DNA of 63,985 bases, filler included, from Collodictyon triciliatum (lineage: Eukaryota): the NCBI GenBank assembly GCA_043381765.1. It is 4 parts of 4 records of this genome, joined end to end, with 100 filler letters (N's around TTAATTAATTAA, not from the genome) between each part and the next. Parts side by side here need not be neighbours in the genome. Positions count along the whole stretch, not along the records: positions 20,132 to 51,170 come from JBHJMP010000539.1; positions 51,271 to 58,585 come from JBHJMP010000541.1; 2 more parts are not named here. The stretch is one strand, 5' to 3'. Positions 41,094 through 54,800 of the stretch are shown piece after piece. The notes under the pieces were generated by a model, which had not been told where the DNA came from, searched no databases, and was given only the letters and a program-made list of their open reading frames with translations. The first letter of the stretch is position 1, and every line of letters starts with the position of its first letter. The translations under genes and the position numbers were made by a program.

Positions 41094-44000
41094 ATGAGCA
41101 AGCGCACACTGTCGGAGGCGAACGATCTTTCTTCAGAAAAGTAAATATAACTGAAACATAAAAAAAGGTTTTAAATTACCGTTCTTGTTTTGGGGTCTGC
41201 TTGATTCTGAAAAGTGCTGAGTAGCATAAAGCCTTCTGCTAATAGAGATGCTTACCTTTTTATTCATTCTCCTCTTGTATACATATTGAAGTCGGTCAAA
41301 CTCTACTGTCGGTTTTGTCGGCCAAGGTCTAAGTTCCGAAAGCACCGAATTCACAGCGCAGGTGGGCGCATATAACGCAAAGTCTTGTCGCGCTCTCATC
41401 ACTGCCCCTTTTTATCTGAAAACAGTGAATAATTGAGCATTCTGAGAGTAGGTTCCTGTGCATAGCATTTTCAGCAGAACTAACTATCTGGCTGTAGAAA
41501 GGTAATCAACATGTCGACTCTCGGGACCTTCACAGAAGATTTCTGCAGGAAAGCGGCATCCTATCAGACGATGGGTCTAGTGAGAGTTCCAACCAGTCTC
41601 GCCACATGGTAGATGAGGATCTTCATGCAACGGAGGGAAACACCCAGACCGGCCCATCGGGAAGGGCTGATGACGAGAGAACTGGTAAAGAACCTGCATT
41701 CACGCATGGTAACCACACCAGAGGGTCCAATCAGGCTGCAGAGGCGCATCTGTCTCTCCTTGGTATTTAATTTCATAAATTACTGCTTCTAATCATCAGA
41801 TGGATGGATTCATGAATGAAAATAAGGAAATGAACCGTGTCACTCGACCAGAAATCCCATTCATTCAGCATAATGCCACTTTGAACAAAACACGAATCAA
41901 AAATATAGCATGCGGAGTCTAGTTGTATGGTTCTCTTAAAATTCATCGGCTCCTTGAACTTAAGGTCTCAAAAGAGGCACTGGAGTCTGTCATTTGAAGC
42001 TTCTTAAACAGTAATGCTTTCTTTTGCCTATTTTCCAACTTTACTTTTTAGAAGAATTGTTGAAGCCAGATTGCAGCATCGAAAAAGTCGTCGACGGATG
42101 GGTAAATCGATACCACCGGAATCGGCACGTGGCTCTTGCAGAACTGATTAACTTCATATTGAAAGTATAAAAAAAATCGTCAAGTATCCAATAAGCATAC
42201 ATCTTTCATATGTTAGGACTATACATACATATTGATTGATTCAAAAATACGTTAGCTATTCTAAATCCCACACCAGCCCACCTAGAATCTTATGTATACT
42301 TACATACACTTCTGCATAAATACTTAGATATGTGGGACAACATCAAAAGTACAACCTTCTCAGATAAAAGAGGACGTTGCTGAAGATATCGCCAATGATG
42401 TGTTGGAGAATGGGGCAGATGTTATTTTTATTGGCAATCTCCTTTTTCTTTTTCTTTTTCTTTTTCTTTTTCTTTTTCTTTTTCTTTTTCTTTTTCTTTT
42501 TCTTTTTCTTTTTCTTTNNNNNNNNNNNNNNNNNNNNNNNNNNNNNNNNNNNNNNNNNNNNNNNNNNNNNNNNNNNNNNNNNNNNNNNNNNNNNNNNNNN
42601 NNNNNNNNNNNNNNNNNTTTTTGTCTTTTTGTCTTTTTGTCTTTTTGTCTTTTTGTCTTTTTGTCTTTTTGTCTTTTTGTCTTTTTGTCTTTTTGTCTTT
42701 TTGTCTTTTTGTCTTTTTGTCTTTTGTCTTCTTGTTCCGGTTTTTTTTGTCTCGTTTTTTTGGAAATCAAAAGTAAATGCTGTGGTATGGACCAAATCTT
42801 TTGACTTGAGAAAATCAATTAAAACAGGATCTCGCTGAATTTCTTCTCACATCCAAAGACAAGCACCACAAAAGGTTTTCAAAGTTTTTTCCTGAGTTCT
42901 GGTCAGAACTTATATCTTGTTGTCAGTCGAGCGTCATTTTTGACCGCGAATTTCTGGAGACGCTTCTAATGTGGTTGATTCCCTTTTCGAGGTTTGCATA
43001 TTAATCAAGCATGTATTTCTATATCACTCACACATCAACTGTTTGCCTTGTTCTTGCATCTATGCCTGATACACGTTGTATTTTTTATGAGACGGTTTCT
43101 TTCCTATGCGACAGTAAATTTGGAGCCTAATAAACTATTTGATTTAATGACTTTCTTAACCCTACCTTGTATATATAATGGCGTGCATCTTAACATAATA
43201 ATGCCTTCTTATGATAATAATAGTTGTCCGTTCCGTTCTCTACGTTATGCTTCAACAATTGTCGGTATGGAGATTGCGACCAGTCTGACCAAGGTTCTGG
43301 CATCTTTGAAACAAAACCTGACCACGAAACAACAACAAGCGGAGGCGGAAAAGAAGAAAAGAAATTCTCGAAGGGATTCCACTGCTGCAGATGAAGCAGA
43401 GGAGATCCACCAAAAAATTGTGGACATTGAGAACGAAATATCAGCAAAAATATTCACTGGGTAGGGGAATATGATAAAATATATGTAGCAATACTGTCCC
43501 AACCCGTCCTTATGTATGAAATTTAGAAACGCTTGATGTTCACTGCTCTGTATTTGACTGCCCTGATTCTCTAGGATTTTTGTGCATCGATACCGAGATG
43601 TAGTCCCGGAAATAAGAGCCAGTTCGATTACATCTCTGGGCGCTTGGATAATGAACTACCCTTTCACCTTCCTTCAAGACAATTATCTCAAATACCTAGG
43701 TTGGACCTTGAACGACAAGGTGACCCATTATAAATTTTGTTCTTTGGTCTGAAATATAGATTGTAGGTTACAAAATGGCCACCCATCTAAATATTTTTTT
43801 CTGTCATAGTCGGAGCTAGTTCGCCTTTCATCAATCCAATCGCTTCTACAAATTTTCGAAATTGAAGAGCATGCATCACAACTAGATTCATTTTCAAAGA
43901 GGTTTTCGCCTCGTTTAATCGAGATGACGTTGGATAAGAGCATTGATGTTTCCATTGTCGCAGTTCAAGTTCTGAAGATTTTAGTCAAGTTTGTTTTTAA

Positions 44001-47000
44001 GCAGTGAATACGATAAGCGGAAAAAGAACTGTATTTTGATAATTTACATCTTAACGATACGCATGTCCTTCGCACACAAAATCCTCTACCAATATAACCC
44101 GCCCTTTTATTTGTTTTACCCTAAAAGGAGATTAGATTTCAGTCCAGAGCAAATGAAAAGGGTGTTCTCGTTGCTTAGTGATGAAAGTGCTGCTTTGAGA
44201 TATGAAGTTGGAGACCTGGTTTTCCAAAGTATTTTTGAACGACTCCTATCCAGCTTGAAAACTGGAAAAAAGGGTAAGTTACCAAAAAGCCTCTAAGCTT
44301 GAAATGATGATTCAATCTTAATTCCAAATAAATTATAGGTTCTCAGAAGAAAGGCTATGCGGCTGAGATTGATGTCTTCAAAAGATTTTTGGACCTCTTA
44401 AAAAATTACGACTATTCACTGCAACATGTCACTACTCATGTTGATGTATTTTGGGATAAAATACCTTGCTTTCGGGTATGCTATTTGCCCAAGCGAATGA
44501 ATTAGCCATTTCAATTTTCCCCGCAATCGATGATAATTTAATACGCTAATAATGCCAACCTCATCCAGAATTGGGACGCTGTCGTAGAAATGCTGTTTGT
44601 GGAGCACACAGATGAAGATTCGCATTACGCTCTTGGGTTTTTAAAAGTTCTATGTTACATTATACAGAAAATAGAACAATCTAGTGAATCCAAAATCGAT
44701 AAAAGAGATCGAAGAAAATCAAAGGTATATAGATGGCACTGGCATTCCGTTTTTTAAAAAAACATCAACGATATACATGTTTAATGTGCTTTTTCTTATT
44801 GCTACGACTTTGATTATAGTGGTAAACTATCTCATTTCTTTGCTGGTAATCAACTCTTTTATTTTCATGGGTCCCACCAGTATATGACAGCAAGGCTGTC
44901 CTAACTTATCTGAACCTTTTCTTTTTTCTTTTTTTTTTTTTTTGTGCTCGCAGGGCAAATCTGAAAAAAATTCGGATTTGGTGAAGCTGACAACCATTCT
45001 GTTGCCGAAATTGCCAGAACTCATTTCAAATTATCAGGCTGAAGTGACTTTTGTCATACCCCTTCTCCATATTTGTGAACACCTCGCATTGGGTGACAAC
45101 TTTAACGAAGCGACCCACCAGGTGATAAGATAATACATATGTGCAGATGTTCCTGGGGAACTAACACTACATGATTTACTATGAGCAGTAATTTCATCTT
45201 TCATTCAACCTTAACTGAAGCAGAATTCGAACTAATTGGCCCTTTTTTATTACTATTTCTTCCTCTCTTTTTTTTCGTGACACAGAACACCAAGGAGCTT
45301 TACACTGCTGTGAAAGAAGTGTTTTTTGCCAACTCACAGGCTGAAATTCTGCAGACATGCGCCAAAACTTTGGGCAGGATTCGGACTCTTACAGGAACTA
45401 ACGACGCAAGCATTTATGATGCTGTTCGTGATGTATTCACTCAGACACAATCTCGACTCAGACCGATGGCCACGGCAAGAAATGAAGTGACAAATTCTTC
45501 CTTTTTTTCTCTGATTCGGCCACAAGCGGAACCAACACAGCTTGTGAAAGAACTAGATACATATATAAAATTTTATCCTCCTTCGTCACTACTAGTTCCG
45601 CTAGTAACTTCTGTATTCGCTACATTTAGTTGAGTGAACGCAGAGACAAGGAAAAGATCTATGGGACTGGGCTATCGGCAAAAAGGATGATGTACTTGCT
45701 GCAGCAAATGCCCGCAGATTATGAAAAAGAGTTTATTCCTGAGGTTCGGGTGATTCTGGAAAAGTATATGAATGGTTGGAAACTAGAAGATGAGGTATGC
45801 TTGGATTCAAACAACACCCGTTCACTAAATATTTAAATAGTAGTGTGTTTTTTTCTTTTTTTCTTTTTTCTTTTTTCTTTTTTTCTTTTTTTCTTTTTTT
45901 CTTTTTTTCTTTTTTTCTTTTTTTCTTTTTTTCTTTTTTTCTTTTTTTCTTTTTTTCTTTTTTTCTTTTTTATACAAATCTCAAGAATTTCATCGCTGTA
46001 AGTAATATCCACAATTTCATTCTGTGTATAGACAGCAAAGAACCTGCTCTCCTGTTACATGCTCCATTTGCTTTGGGAGCTTCAAGCCTTCTCAGAAAAA
46101 GATTTAGATGTCGATTTGGATGAGACAGATGCTGCTGAGCACACTAGGAAAAGACTATGGTTTCTTGAGTGTGCTTCGTTTGTCCTGGAAAAAGTTGATA
46201 ATGCAGCACGCCTTACAATATTTCTCGAAGTGTCCGATTTTATATCCGCCTATTCAAACTGTGGCTCTGGGAACTTATCACTTTGCGACTTACCAAAGCA
46301 ATTTGTCGATTCTATACTCTCTGTCTTCTCGTTTGGCATCCAGGGATATATTGAAAGTACTATTGGATTTTTAATCCTCGACATGCATTTCTTTCGTCAT
46401 TTGTCATTTTAATCTCAGATTTGAAGAGCAATTAAGTAAAGACTGAAGTAAACCCTCACAGAAATTGCAAACAGCCATATAATGGAACTTCTTTATTTGC
46501 TCTTTACGATTAGGGACATCACAAAAGTCCACGAAGGGCCGCAATCAAACAAGCGATTCTCTGTCTGTCGAATGCCAGCGCTTGTTGAGAGCCCTTATCG
46601 TCCCTGCGTTGGTGGGTATCGTCTCTATACCAATGGTTGCTGGAGCTGTGGTTTCGTGTGTTGGCTACAACTCCATTCAGGCATGCAAGGATTCGATGAA
46701 GATGATCCGAGGATTCTACACACATGTGACGCAAACCACAGATATCTCCAAGGAGAGTGTATTTGTAGATTCACTCTTTGCGGTCTGTCTTTTATTTTGT
46801 TTGGTTTTTTAGTGTGATTGTTTTGCTTTCATGCTTTCATGCTTTCATGCTTTCATGCTTTCATGCTTTCATGCTTTCATGCTTTCATGCTTTCATGCTT
46901 TCATGCTTTCATGCTTTCATGCTTTCATGCTTTGATGTCTTTGATGTCTTTGGTTTCGAGACACATCAAACTTCAATCAGCAGTCTTACTTAAGTTCATG

Positions 47001-48824
47001 TAAAAAAAAAATCGTCTCTAAATGGTGTGCACCTTTTTGTGTGTGCCCTCGACAACATAGCGGCTATGTTCAACCTATCACATGCAAAACTCAGTCGTTA
47101 TATTAACCAACTAGGCTGTAGAACGCCTGAGAGAATCCAAAAATATGGAAATCGGAATGCAGTGCTGTTTTGAGCTGTCTGGTATGATGAGCGCTTCTCT
47201 TATGAAACATGAGATACTCTTGCGTGAAAAAAGAACTATTCAAAACGCATCCCTCATAATTGTATACAGAGTGGGTAACAAGTGCGCTCCAGCTCCCGAG
47301 CCAACCAGACAAACTGGAATCCCTTGTCGGTGATGTGTTGAAGAGGGCCTTTGAAAACCAGTCTACTGCCATATTCACCTATTGCCTGACCCCGATGCTG
47401 TCAGAGAGCTGTCGCCGCGCGCAAGCGACTCGGCTGTAAGCAAACTCTTAAATCTAACTGCATAATCATCTCTTATCAAATGAAGTCACGGGTTGTTTGC
47501 GACGGCGGTAATGGCAATGACGTTGATTTATTCCCCAGAAAACTAATGCCGTCTCGTTGTTCTTGGGTTTCTGTTTTTCTGTTTTTCCTTTTTTTTTTTC
47601 TTTTTTGATATTGTTATTTTTGTATATATGCGTGTACGTCTTGTCGCTCCTTTGTTTAGCCGTGCCCAAATCAGCGAACGGATCGCTGGAACAGACTACG
47701 AAACTGACCAGGACACCTTGTCGCTGATGGATTTGCTGCTGGAGTATGCAACCAGAGACGAAACCTTGTTTGATGCGAGTAAGTATCCACTTTGTATCTG
47801 CCTATCGTTTGGCTTCCTCTTTGCTGCATTCGGGACCTTTTCTTCCTTTTTTTCTTTCCATCTATTGCTCCGATATTTGGTGCTTCTGTCAGCATGGCAT
47901 GGCATAAGAGCAGTCGTGTCCTCCCCCCTCGCGCTTGGCTGGCTGGCCAGCTGGGTGAGTGATGCCTCTTGCATCAAGGGAATACATGGCAGCGGCTGCT
48001 TGAGACCTTGTCTGTCACGCAGGCCTTGTTCTCCACACACCAGACAGGCCTACTGCACGATTTGATAGCCACGGCTGGCAAAGACTTTCTCCTTACTCCA
48101 CTATTCTCACCAATTCAGAAGAAAAAGAGAAAGAGTGAGAGAAAAAGAGGGGAAAAGAGGGGAGGGGGAACCCATTTGTCTTAGAAATCACCTCACAAAA
48201 ACATGCATAATTCGCAGCAAGCACAGGACCGACAACAAACACTCCACGGTCGTCACGGAAGGCCGGGACAAGGGGAACGGTCGGGGCGCACGGAGGGTCG
48301 AAGGCGGTGCGTCGCATGACCTTTGGGGCGTCCGAGGACTTCTCGAGCGGAGACGACAACGCGACGATGACCACGGCACACACAGGCCACTCGCGCACGA
48401 GAGCCTCTCGCAAGCGGCCGAAGCGGGCCACACGGGACGAGCGCGGCGGTGGAGACGCAGATGAAGATGGAGTTGGGAATGAGGATGGAGTTGGCGATGC
48501 AGAGGCAGAGGCAGAGGCAGAGGCAGAGGGCAGCGAGGGAGACGGCGGGGACGACGAGCTGTCTTCGTCAAGCGACTACCGACCGAGTGGGCGCAGAGGT
48601 GCAGCTGGGTCGGAAACGCGGCGGTCATCGAGGTGTGTTGTCTGTCGAGTCATCTCCTGTCATGTCAACTCATGTCATCTCCTGTCACGGATGAGTTGTC
48701 CTCACACGCAAGCGCCACAACAACACCGCAGGATCGAGAAGAGGCAGCGGACAGCGACGGAGGCATAGGGCTGGCTGCGGAAGCACAGGCGCACGGCACA
48801 CCCGGCGTACCCGTGTCTGTATAA
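41094..48824 (+). CDS. STAG: Cohesin subunit STAG/SA/Scc3 (multi-exon)
   Basis: VVDGWVNRY...[40 protein letters not shown]...[44 protein letters not shown]; acidic low-complexity C-terminus. The final exon frame is uncertain (stop 48768 or 48824). Confidence 0.9.
46824..46933. repeat. (CATGCTTT)n intronic tandem repeat
   Basis: Direct reading; inside a STAG intron. Confidence 0.9.
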
Positions 48825-48999
48825 ACCGGAGGCACAGCCCCGAACCCGGCGCACGGGCGGTTTCCTGCGTTGTTTATTGCGGGAGGCCTTTGCTCCCCCG
48901 TGGCAACCGGGCCCGTGCAGCACCGCGCGGCACAAGGTCCCCGGCGTGGCCACCGGAGAGGGAGGGGTTGGGTGGGACGGACAAGGGCAGCCGCACAGG

Positions 49000-49915
49000 C
49001 TACATGGCTGCAAGGACGACGACGACGGTGACGGCCACGACGAGGGCCACGCACGCGGCAATCCACATCAGCTTCCTGGAGCAGCTGTCGTGGTACTCGG
49101 AGGCCTTGTGCAGCTGCTGGGCGCCCTCCTTGGTGCGGGTCTCTGCCGCGGCGATGTTCTCGTCGATCAGGTCTATGGCGGGCTGCGCGGTCAGTGCGGG
49201 GGGTGGGAAGAGCGGGAGGGTGGGAAGAGCGAAATGTCCCACCAAGCGTCTCCTGCTGCTGCTGCACAAGGATGGCCAGGTCCCGCAGCATCTCGTTGAC
49301 CTCGCCCACGGTGCGCTCTGCACAAAGCCCCGTCAGTACGCCGCAGTGCAAGCAAAGCTATTGGGCACGGTGAGGCAGCCACTAACCCAGTCCCCGGATG
49401 GCCTCCTCGCGCTCGCGGATGCTGGCCTCGTTCGCAGCCATCTCGCTCTCGAACAGGACCAGCTTCTTCCTGCAGGGGGTGTGTGTTGCGTGTTGAGAGT
49501 ATGAGAGTATGAGAGTATGGGAGTGTGAGAGTATGGAATCTTGCTTTTCAGCCGCTTTCTGGATGAGAGCCTCCCGCTCGCCTGCTGTGGTGCCGTCGCT
49601 GTCGCCGTGGCCGTAGCCCGACAGGAACGGAGGCGACCTACTTGGTTGGAGCCCAGTGAGATGCCCTGTGCGAGGGTGTGTGCAGCCTTGGTTGTGGACA
49701 TACCCTGAGAGTTGGGGCTGTGTGCTGTCCGGCTTGTGCCTGCGCTCCTTCTCTGCAGACTCGCGCACAATCTCCTGGAAGGTTCTGGCTACCGCCTGCA
49801 TATCCTTGCTCAGCTTCTGCTGCTCGGCTCTTCGTTTCTGTGTCCAAAGAGGCTAATCGTAAGTAACCTCTTCTTCATTATCGCATTTGTTGCTGGTTGT
49901 TCTTGTTCTCTTCCG

Positions 49916-49960
<45 letters not shown>

Positions 49961-50853
49961 TGTCTTGGCTTTTTCTTGAAAGAAGAGAAGATGGAATGGA
50001 ATCAGTCGGTCGGCAGAAGCATCACACGCGGCATTGCGTTTGATTGGCAGCGGGTCTCCCTCGCATGACCTCTGTGTGGTGGCGTTGCTTGGCGCCCGAA
50101 CGAAAATCTGGGAGTCAGGCAACCCATATGGCCAAGCAGCACAAAGGCAAGGACGCACGCATGTGCATATGTCTGCAATACGTTGGAAGTTTTGATTGGG
50201 GAAATAGAGCAGAGGCGTTTTGTAACCTTGGCTTCGGAGTCGTCTTCGATGTCCTCTCCGTACATCCTGATGAGGGTGCTTGTCTCGCGGATGGACTCCT
50301 TTGTCCGTTGGGTGATGGACGACCTTAAAATTGTGAAAATACTTGTTCGTAGACTTTCCAAGGCATGCACATATGCAGATTATCAGAGAAATCAAGTCAT
50401 GTATGGGGTCTACTTGAACCGAATAAAGGGGAAAAAAAGTCATGTGTGGCGTCTGTGACTGTCAGGTCCAGGCAGAGAGATCGATTTAAGGTAGAAAGAG
50501 AAAGGTGGCCAGCTGGGTGGCTGGCAAAAGTTTCCACCGCACGGTGACAAAGATACACTCACAGCCGACCACGCAGCTCAGAATCGTCCTTGGGGGTCCC
50601 CAGCATTTGCGACATGCGCTTGACTGTGTTTGTGTTGCTGTTGATCTGCTGGATGTTCGTGGCGATTCGATCGTACCTGCTGACCTGCGGATCAACTCCT
50701 GCAACGTCCAGTCGCGGGCTTGGGTCACAGTGACAAAAAGGTGCCTCAACTTATAGTTTCGCAGAATGCACATATGCGAGTCGAAAGGGGAGTACCTGTG
50801 CGGCGGGTCACGAGCTGCACTGAACCACGACCGGAATAGTCATCAAAGGACAT
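49000..50853 (-). CDS. Endosomal/vacuolar Qa-SNARE (syntaxin-7/12, Pep12/SYP2-like)
   Basis: MSFDDY start; Habc region with IQQINSNT...MLGTPKDDSELR; SNARE motif IREREEAIRGLERTVGEVNEMLRDLAILVQQQQETLDLIDENI...GAQQLHKASEY; C-terminal TM anchor. Confidence 0.88.
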
Positions 50854-51170
50854 CTGAAGGAAAGGGTAGCTTGGGTGTGTCGTGCGACAGCCATAGTTTT
50901 ACTGAAAAGTAGTACATATGACTGTATTTTGTTGTTCTCTTTTCTTTTTTTCTTTTTTTACCCTTTTTTTACGTTTTTTACGTTTTTTACGTTTTTTACG
51001 TTTTTTTACGTTTGTGTTTTGTGTTTTGTGTTTTGTGTTTTGTGTTTTGTGTTTTGTGTTTTCTGTGTTTTCTGTGTTTTCTGTGTTTTCTGTGTTTTCT
51101 GTGTTTTCTGTGTTTTCTGTGTTTTCTGTGTTTTCTGTGTTTTCTGTGTTTTCTGTGTTTTCTGTGTTTT

Positions 51171-51270
51171 NNNNNNNNNNNNNNNNNNNNNNNNNNNNNN
51201 NNNNNNNNNNNNNNTTAATTAATTAANNNNNNNNNNNNNNNNNNNNNNNNNNNNNNNNNNNNNNNNNNNN
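51171..51270. other. Artificial scaffold-joining spacer
   Basis: N-TTAATTAATTAA-N. Confidence 0.95.
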
Positions 51271-51296
51271 TTTCGTTTTTTTTTCTTTTTTTTTCT

Positions 51297-51332
<36 letters not shown>

Positions 51333-51892
51333 CGCTGGTGCGCATGAGACAGATGTATATCTCAAAATAATGTTGGTTGTCAATCACATATGGGAATGCA
51401 CCAAATGACCCGAATGAGTTCAGTCAGCGAGGAGAAAAGAAAAAAAAAGAATGAAGACCTTTTTGTTTCCAAAGGGTCGCCATGAAGCTTTCCGTGCGTA
51501 TAAATGTTTCGTCGGGTTTTGAACTCGAGAAGATCACACTTTCTGTCTAAAACTCTATTTGCTAGAGTTCGATCCTTTTTGCGGTTTTTGCCCTTAAATA
51601 TTAGTTCTACATTATGACAAAAGACTTTGTTCTTTCCTTTTCCTTTTCCTTTTCCTTTCGTTTTTTCCTTTCGTTTTTTCCTTTCGTTTTTTCCTCGATA
51701 AGGTTTTTAGCAATTTATTGCCTATGTCTGCCTTTTGTTTGTCCGTCTCTCGTCGTACAACTCCTAAAACAATAGGCCCTCTCCATAATACGGAAACACT
51801 TTTCTTGATTTTTTAATTTAATTACCTGGACAAACAATAATAAAGCCGTAATTATGTTTTCAGTTTTGGTTTGTAGTTTTCTTTTCAGGTCG

Positions 51893-54800
51893 ATGTCTTT
51901 GCCGAATCATATTCCCAGCTTGCCTCTTGTTTCAACTGACTCAGATCAAGGACATAAGAAGGCTCGTTCATGCTCAACCCAGACCGAAACACGAGATCCA
52001 ACCCTGTATGCCTCTCCCTATTCCCTATATTTTATCTGTTTTTATCTGTTTTTATCTGTTTTTATCTGTTTTTTATCTGTTTTTTATCTGTTTTTTATCT
52101 GTTTTTTATCTGTTTTTTATCTGTTTTTTATCTGTTTTTTATCTGTTTTTTATCTGCTTTTTTATCTGTTTTTATTTACTGTATTACAGTGTTTAGAAGA
52201 TTTTACAAATATTTCCGAATGATTTTAACTGTATTTTATTACATACCTTTTAATTTTAAAAAGGAAGACATATTGATTGCACACCTATCGTTTCATTAAA
52301 GGATTCATCCTTTCTGTACTCTATATGAATAAATGATATATCGAGAATCAAATGAAGCAAAAAAAAATCATATGTTCTGAATCACACAACACTATTAAGT
52401 ATTATATGATTAGAACTGATGTTCTGAAGAAAAAGGCTAGAAAAGAAATAAGAAAAATTCGCAACTTTTCTTTTCGAAAGGTTAGTCATATAATGGTTTA
52501 TACATCCCAATAGTTTTATGTAAGCAATATTTTACTTAAGAAGTAAAACAGTTAACAGGGAGGCAAATATCAATATTCCTGCTGTTTTTTGGATTTTCTA
52601 TGGTTGTTTCTGCTATATTCGTTGGTCTTCAGTCTAAAATTTTTCCAAAAGGTACCCATTATTCAATTTTCTATCTCTATTTGTATATGTATGTACATGT
52701 GTCCGTATGTGCGTAAGTGTCCACATTCCGTTCCCAAATTAGAAAAACCTAAAATATCTTACTTTTAACTTTGAAAAAAATTCATAAGACGACAAAATGT
52801 ACTTGACTATGGACGATGTCGGGTCCAGTAGTTTAAATCCAGTCGGATTAGGCTATTATTTTGGTGTTGACCTCGACGGATGTAAAGAGTCATACTCGAG
52901 TTTATGTGTATTTTAGATACTTAAGATGTTAATTAACACCTCACTCTTACGTTTTTATCTCACTAGTAACGTCACTAACCTTCTTTCATCGTAGCCGATT
53001 GCATGATTTCGCCAAATGGGCCTAGAATATTGAAGTATAATCTTCCGTCGCTATCTTATGGCGGAGTTTTATACGACCTAACCAAGTTTAAAGTCAGTTA
53101 TACTTTTTCTGCTTCATATCTTTTATCGTGTGCAATACAAAAAAAAAAAGAATAATGTAGTTGTCTTTGATTTTAATTCCCTCTTTTCTGGAATGGTTGA
53201 TTGCTTCATCTCAATTTCAGAATTGAAAATTATTTTTCAAGCTAACATATCAGCCAAAATAGAATCCTTCGAACGTTCCGCTGATAATGAACTTTTTTCG
53301 TATTGAAATGAACCAAACGTTATATGTGACTGCTGTTGGATATTCAGCTGTATGTATTTATCCCTGGAAACCCGAAAAATTGTGTAAAATTGCTTATTTT
53401 ATCGTCGCATTCACCCCGAGTTGTAATCCTTATGTAGATGATGCCCTTTTATCGAATAGAAACAAATTAAAATTATGTACTAATATTTATTGATTATATA
53501 TCACTTGGCAGATTCCCTACAAATTTGGAAGGTCAAACTACGTCGTGTACGATTCGCTTGATATGACCGCGAGATATGCAACAAGTGCTCTGTTGTATTA
53601 GATTGTATTGAATTGTGTTGAATTGTATTGAATTGTTTTGATTTGTTTTGATTTGTTTTGATTTCGATATTGATATTGATATTGATATTGATATTGATAT
53701 TGATATTTTGGACTTCAAACGACCTGAATTAAGTACTTTATCATTAGATAATGCAACAGATAAGCTGAATTGTATGCGTTTCGCACCTAGTTTTTATCAT
53801 CCTTCAAATACTTTTCCATCATTTTTGAAAAGAAACGGCCAGTACTTCGTCATGGTAGGAAAACCCCTTCACATGGAAAAAAAAAAGTACTTATCATCCA
53901 CATGGAAGGACTATGCGCCTGACCAATCCTTGTATTATACCGATAAAGGCCATAGTTAGGGACTTCAACATCTTCATTCGTGATTATATAAGCAATCGAG
54001 AATATCAGGTTACTTATGGAACAGATCCGGATAATATTAGATACGGGACTTCATTCGGGGTATTTCTTGGGTTTTGAAGTAGTCGAACATCAATACATTT
54101 AAGCAACGATAAAATTTTAAATCCGAAACCTTATACAGTCGAACATGGATTCATGCAATGTATTTTGGAGCCCAGACCAAATATATTTAGCTTTCTACTT
54201 CGTGAATGGAACTTTGACAACAGAATACAACTTATCTTTTTACGATATCAATAACCCATTTATCAGAATTTCGAAAGCAACTTATTCAATTGTAAGTTGG
54301 TAGATTCTCCCATTTTATTAGAATTAGTTTTTTTTTTTTTTTGTATTATTAGATGATCACCTCTGATTGTCCTTTTTTTCTTACCCCCGCTTTCTAGCCT
54401 GGATATCCTCGAACTGCCACTGGAATCGGTGTGCACAACCTACTCAGCAATCAAACGCATTACTTGGTGCTCAGTCTTTTCTCGAAATACATCATATTTA
54501 ATAGAAAAGAAAATATTGATGGAGTAATGAGATGCTGCTTTATTTTTTTATTTCTTAACAAATTAATTTGATTTCATTGATAGAACATTTCATCTATACC
54601 AAATGAGAGTTATTTTCAAGGAGCATCATGGATTAATCGAACTCATTTTTCATTTTTTGCTGTTCCAAGGTAAAATAAACCAGAGTTATCATATAATGAA
54701 AGATTTATTGTGAAAAGCTTGTCTTTTTTCCGAATATTATCCATTGTAATTCTGTACTAGGATTCAAACAAGAGTTTCAAATTGGATTGTATCTGCAGCA

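Noticed and set aside
46415-46450. Apparent in-frame TAA/TGA in STAG suggesting stop-codon reassignment
   Set aside because: The segment lies inside an intron (about 46358-46512). Splicing restores the frame, and all three stops terminate genes normally elsewhere.
51470-51585. B-box-like GTTCGATCC followed by T-runs (possible tRNA or SINE)
   Set aside because: No cloverleaf or A-box could be built.
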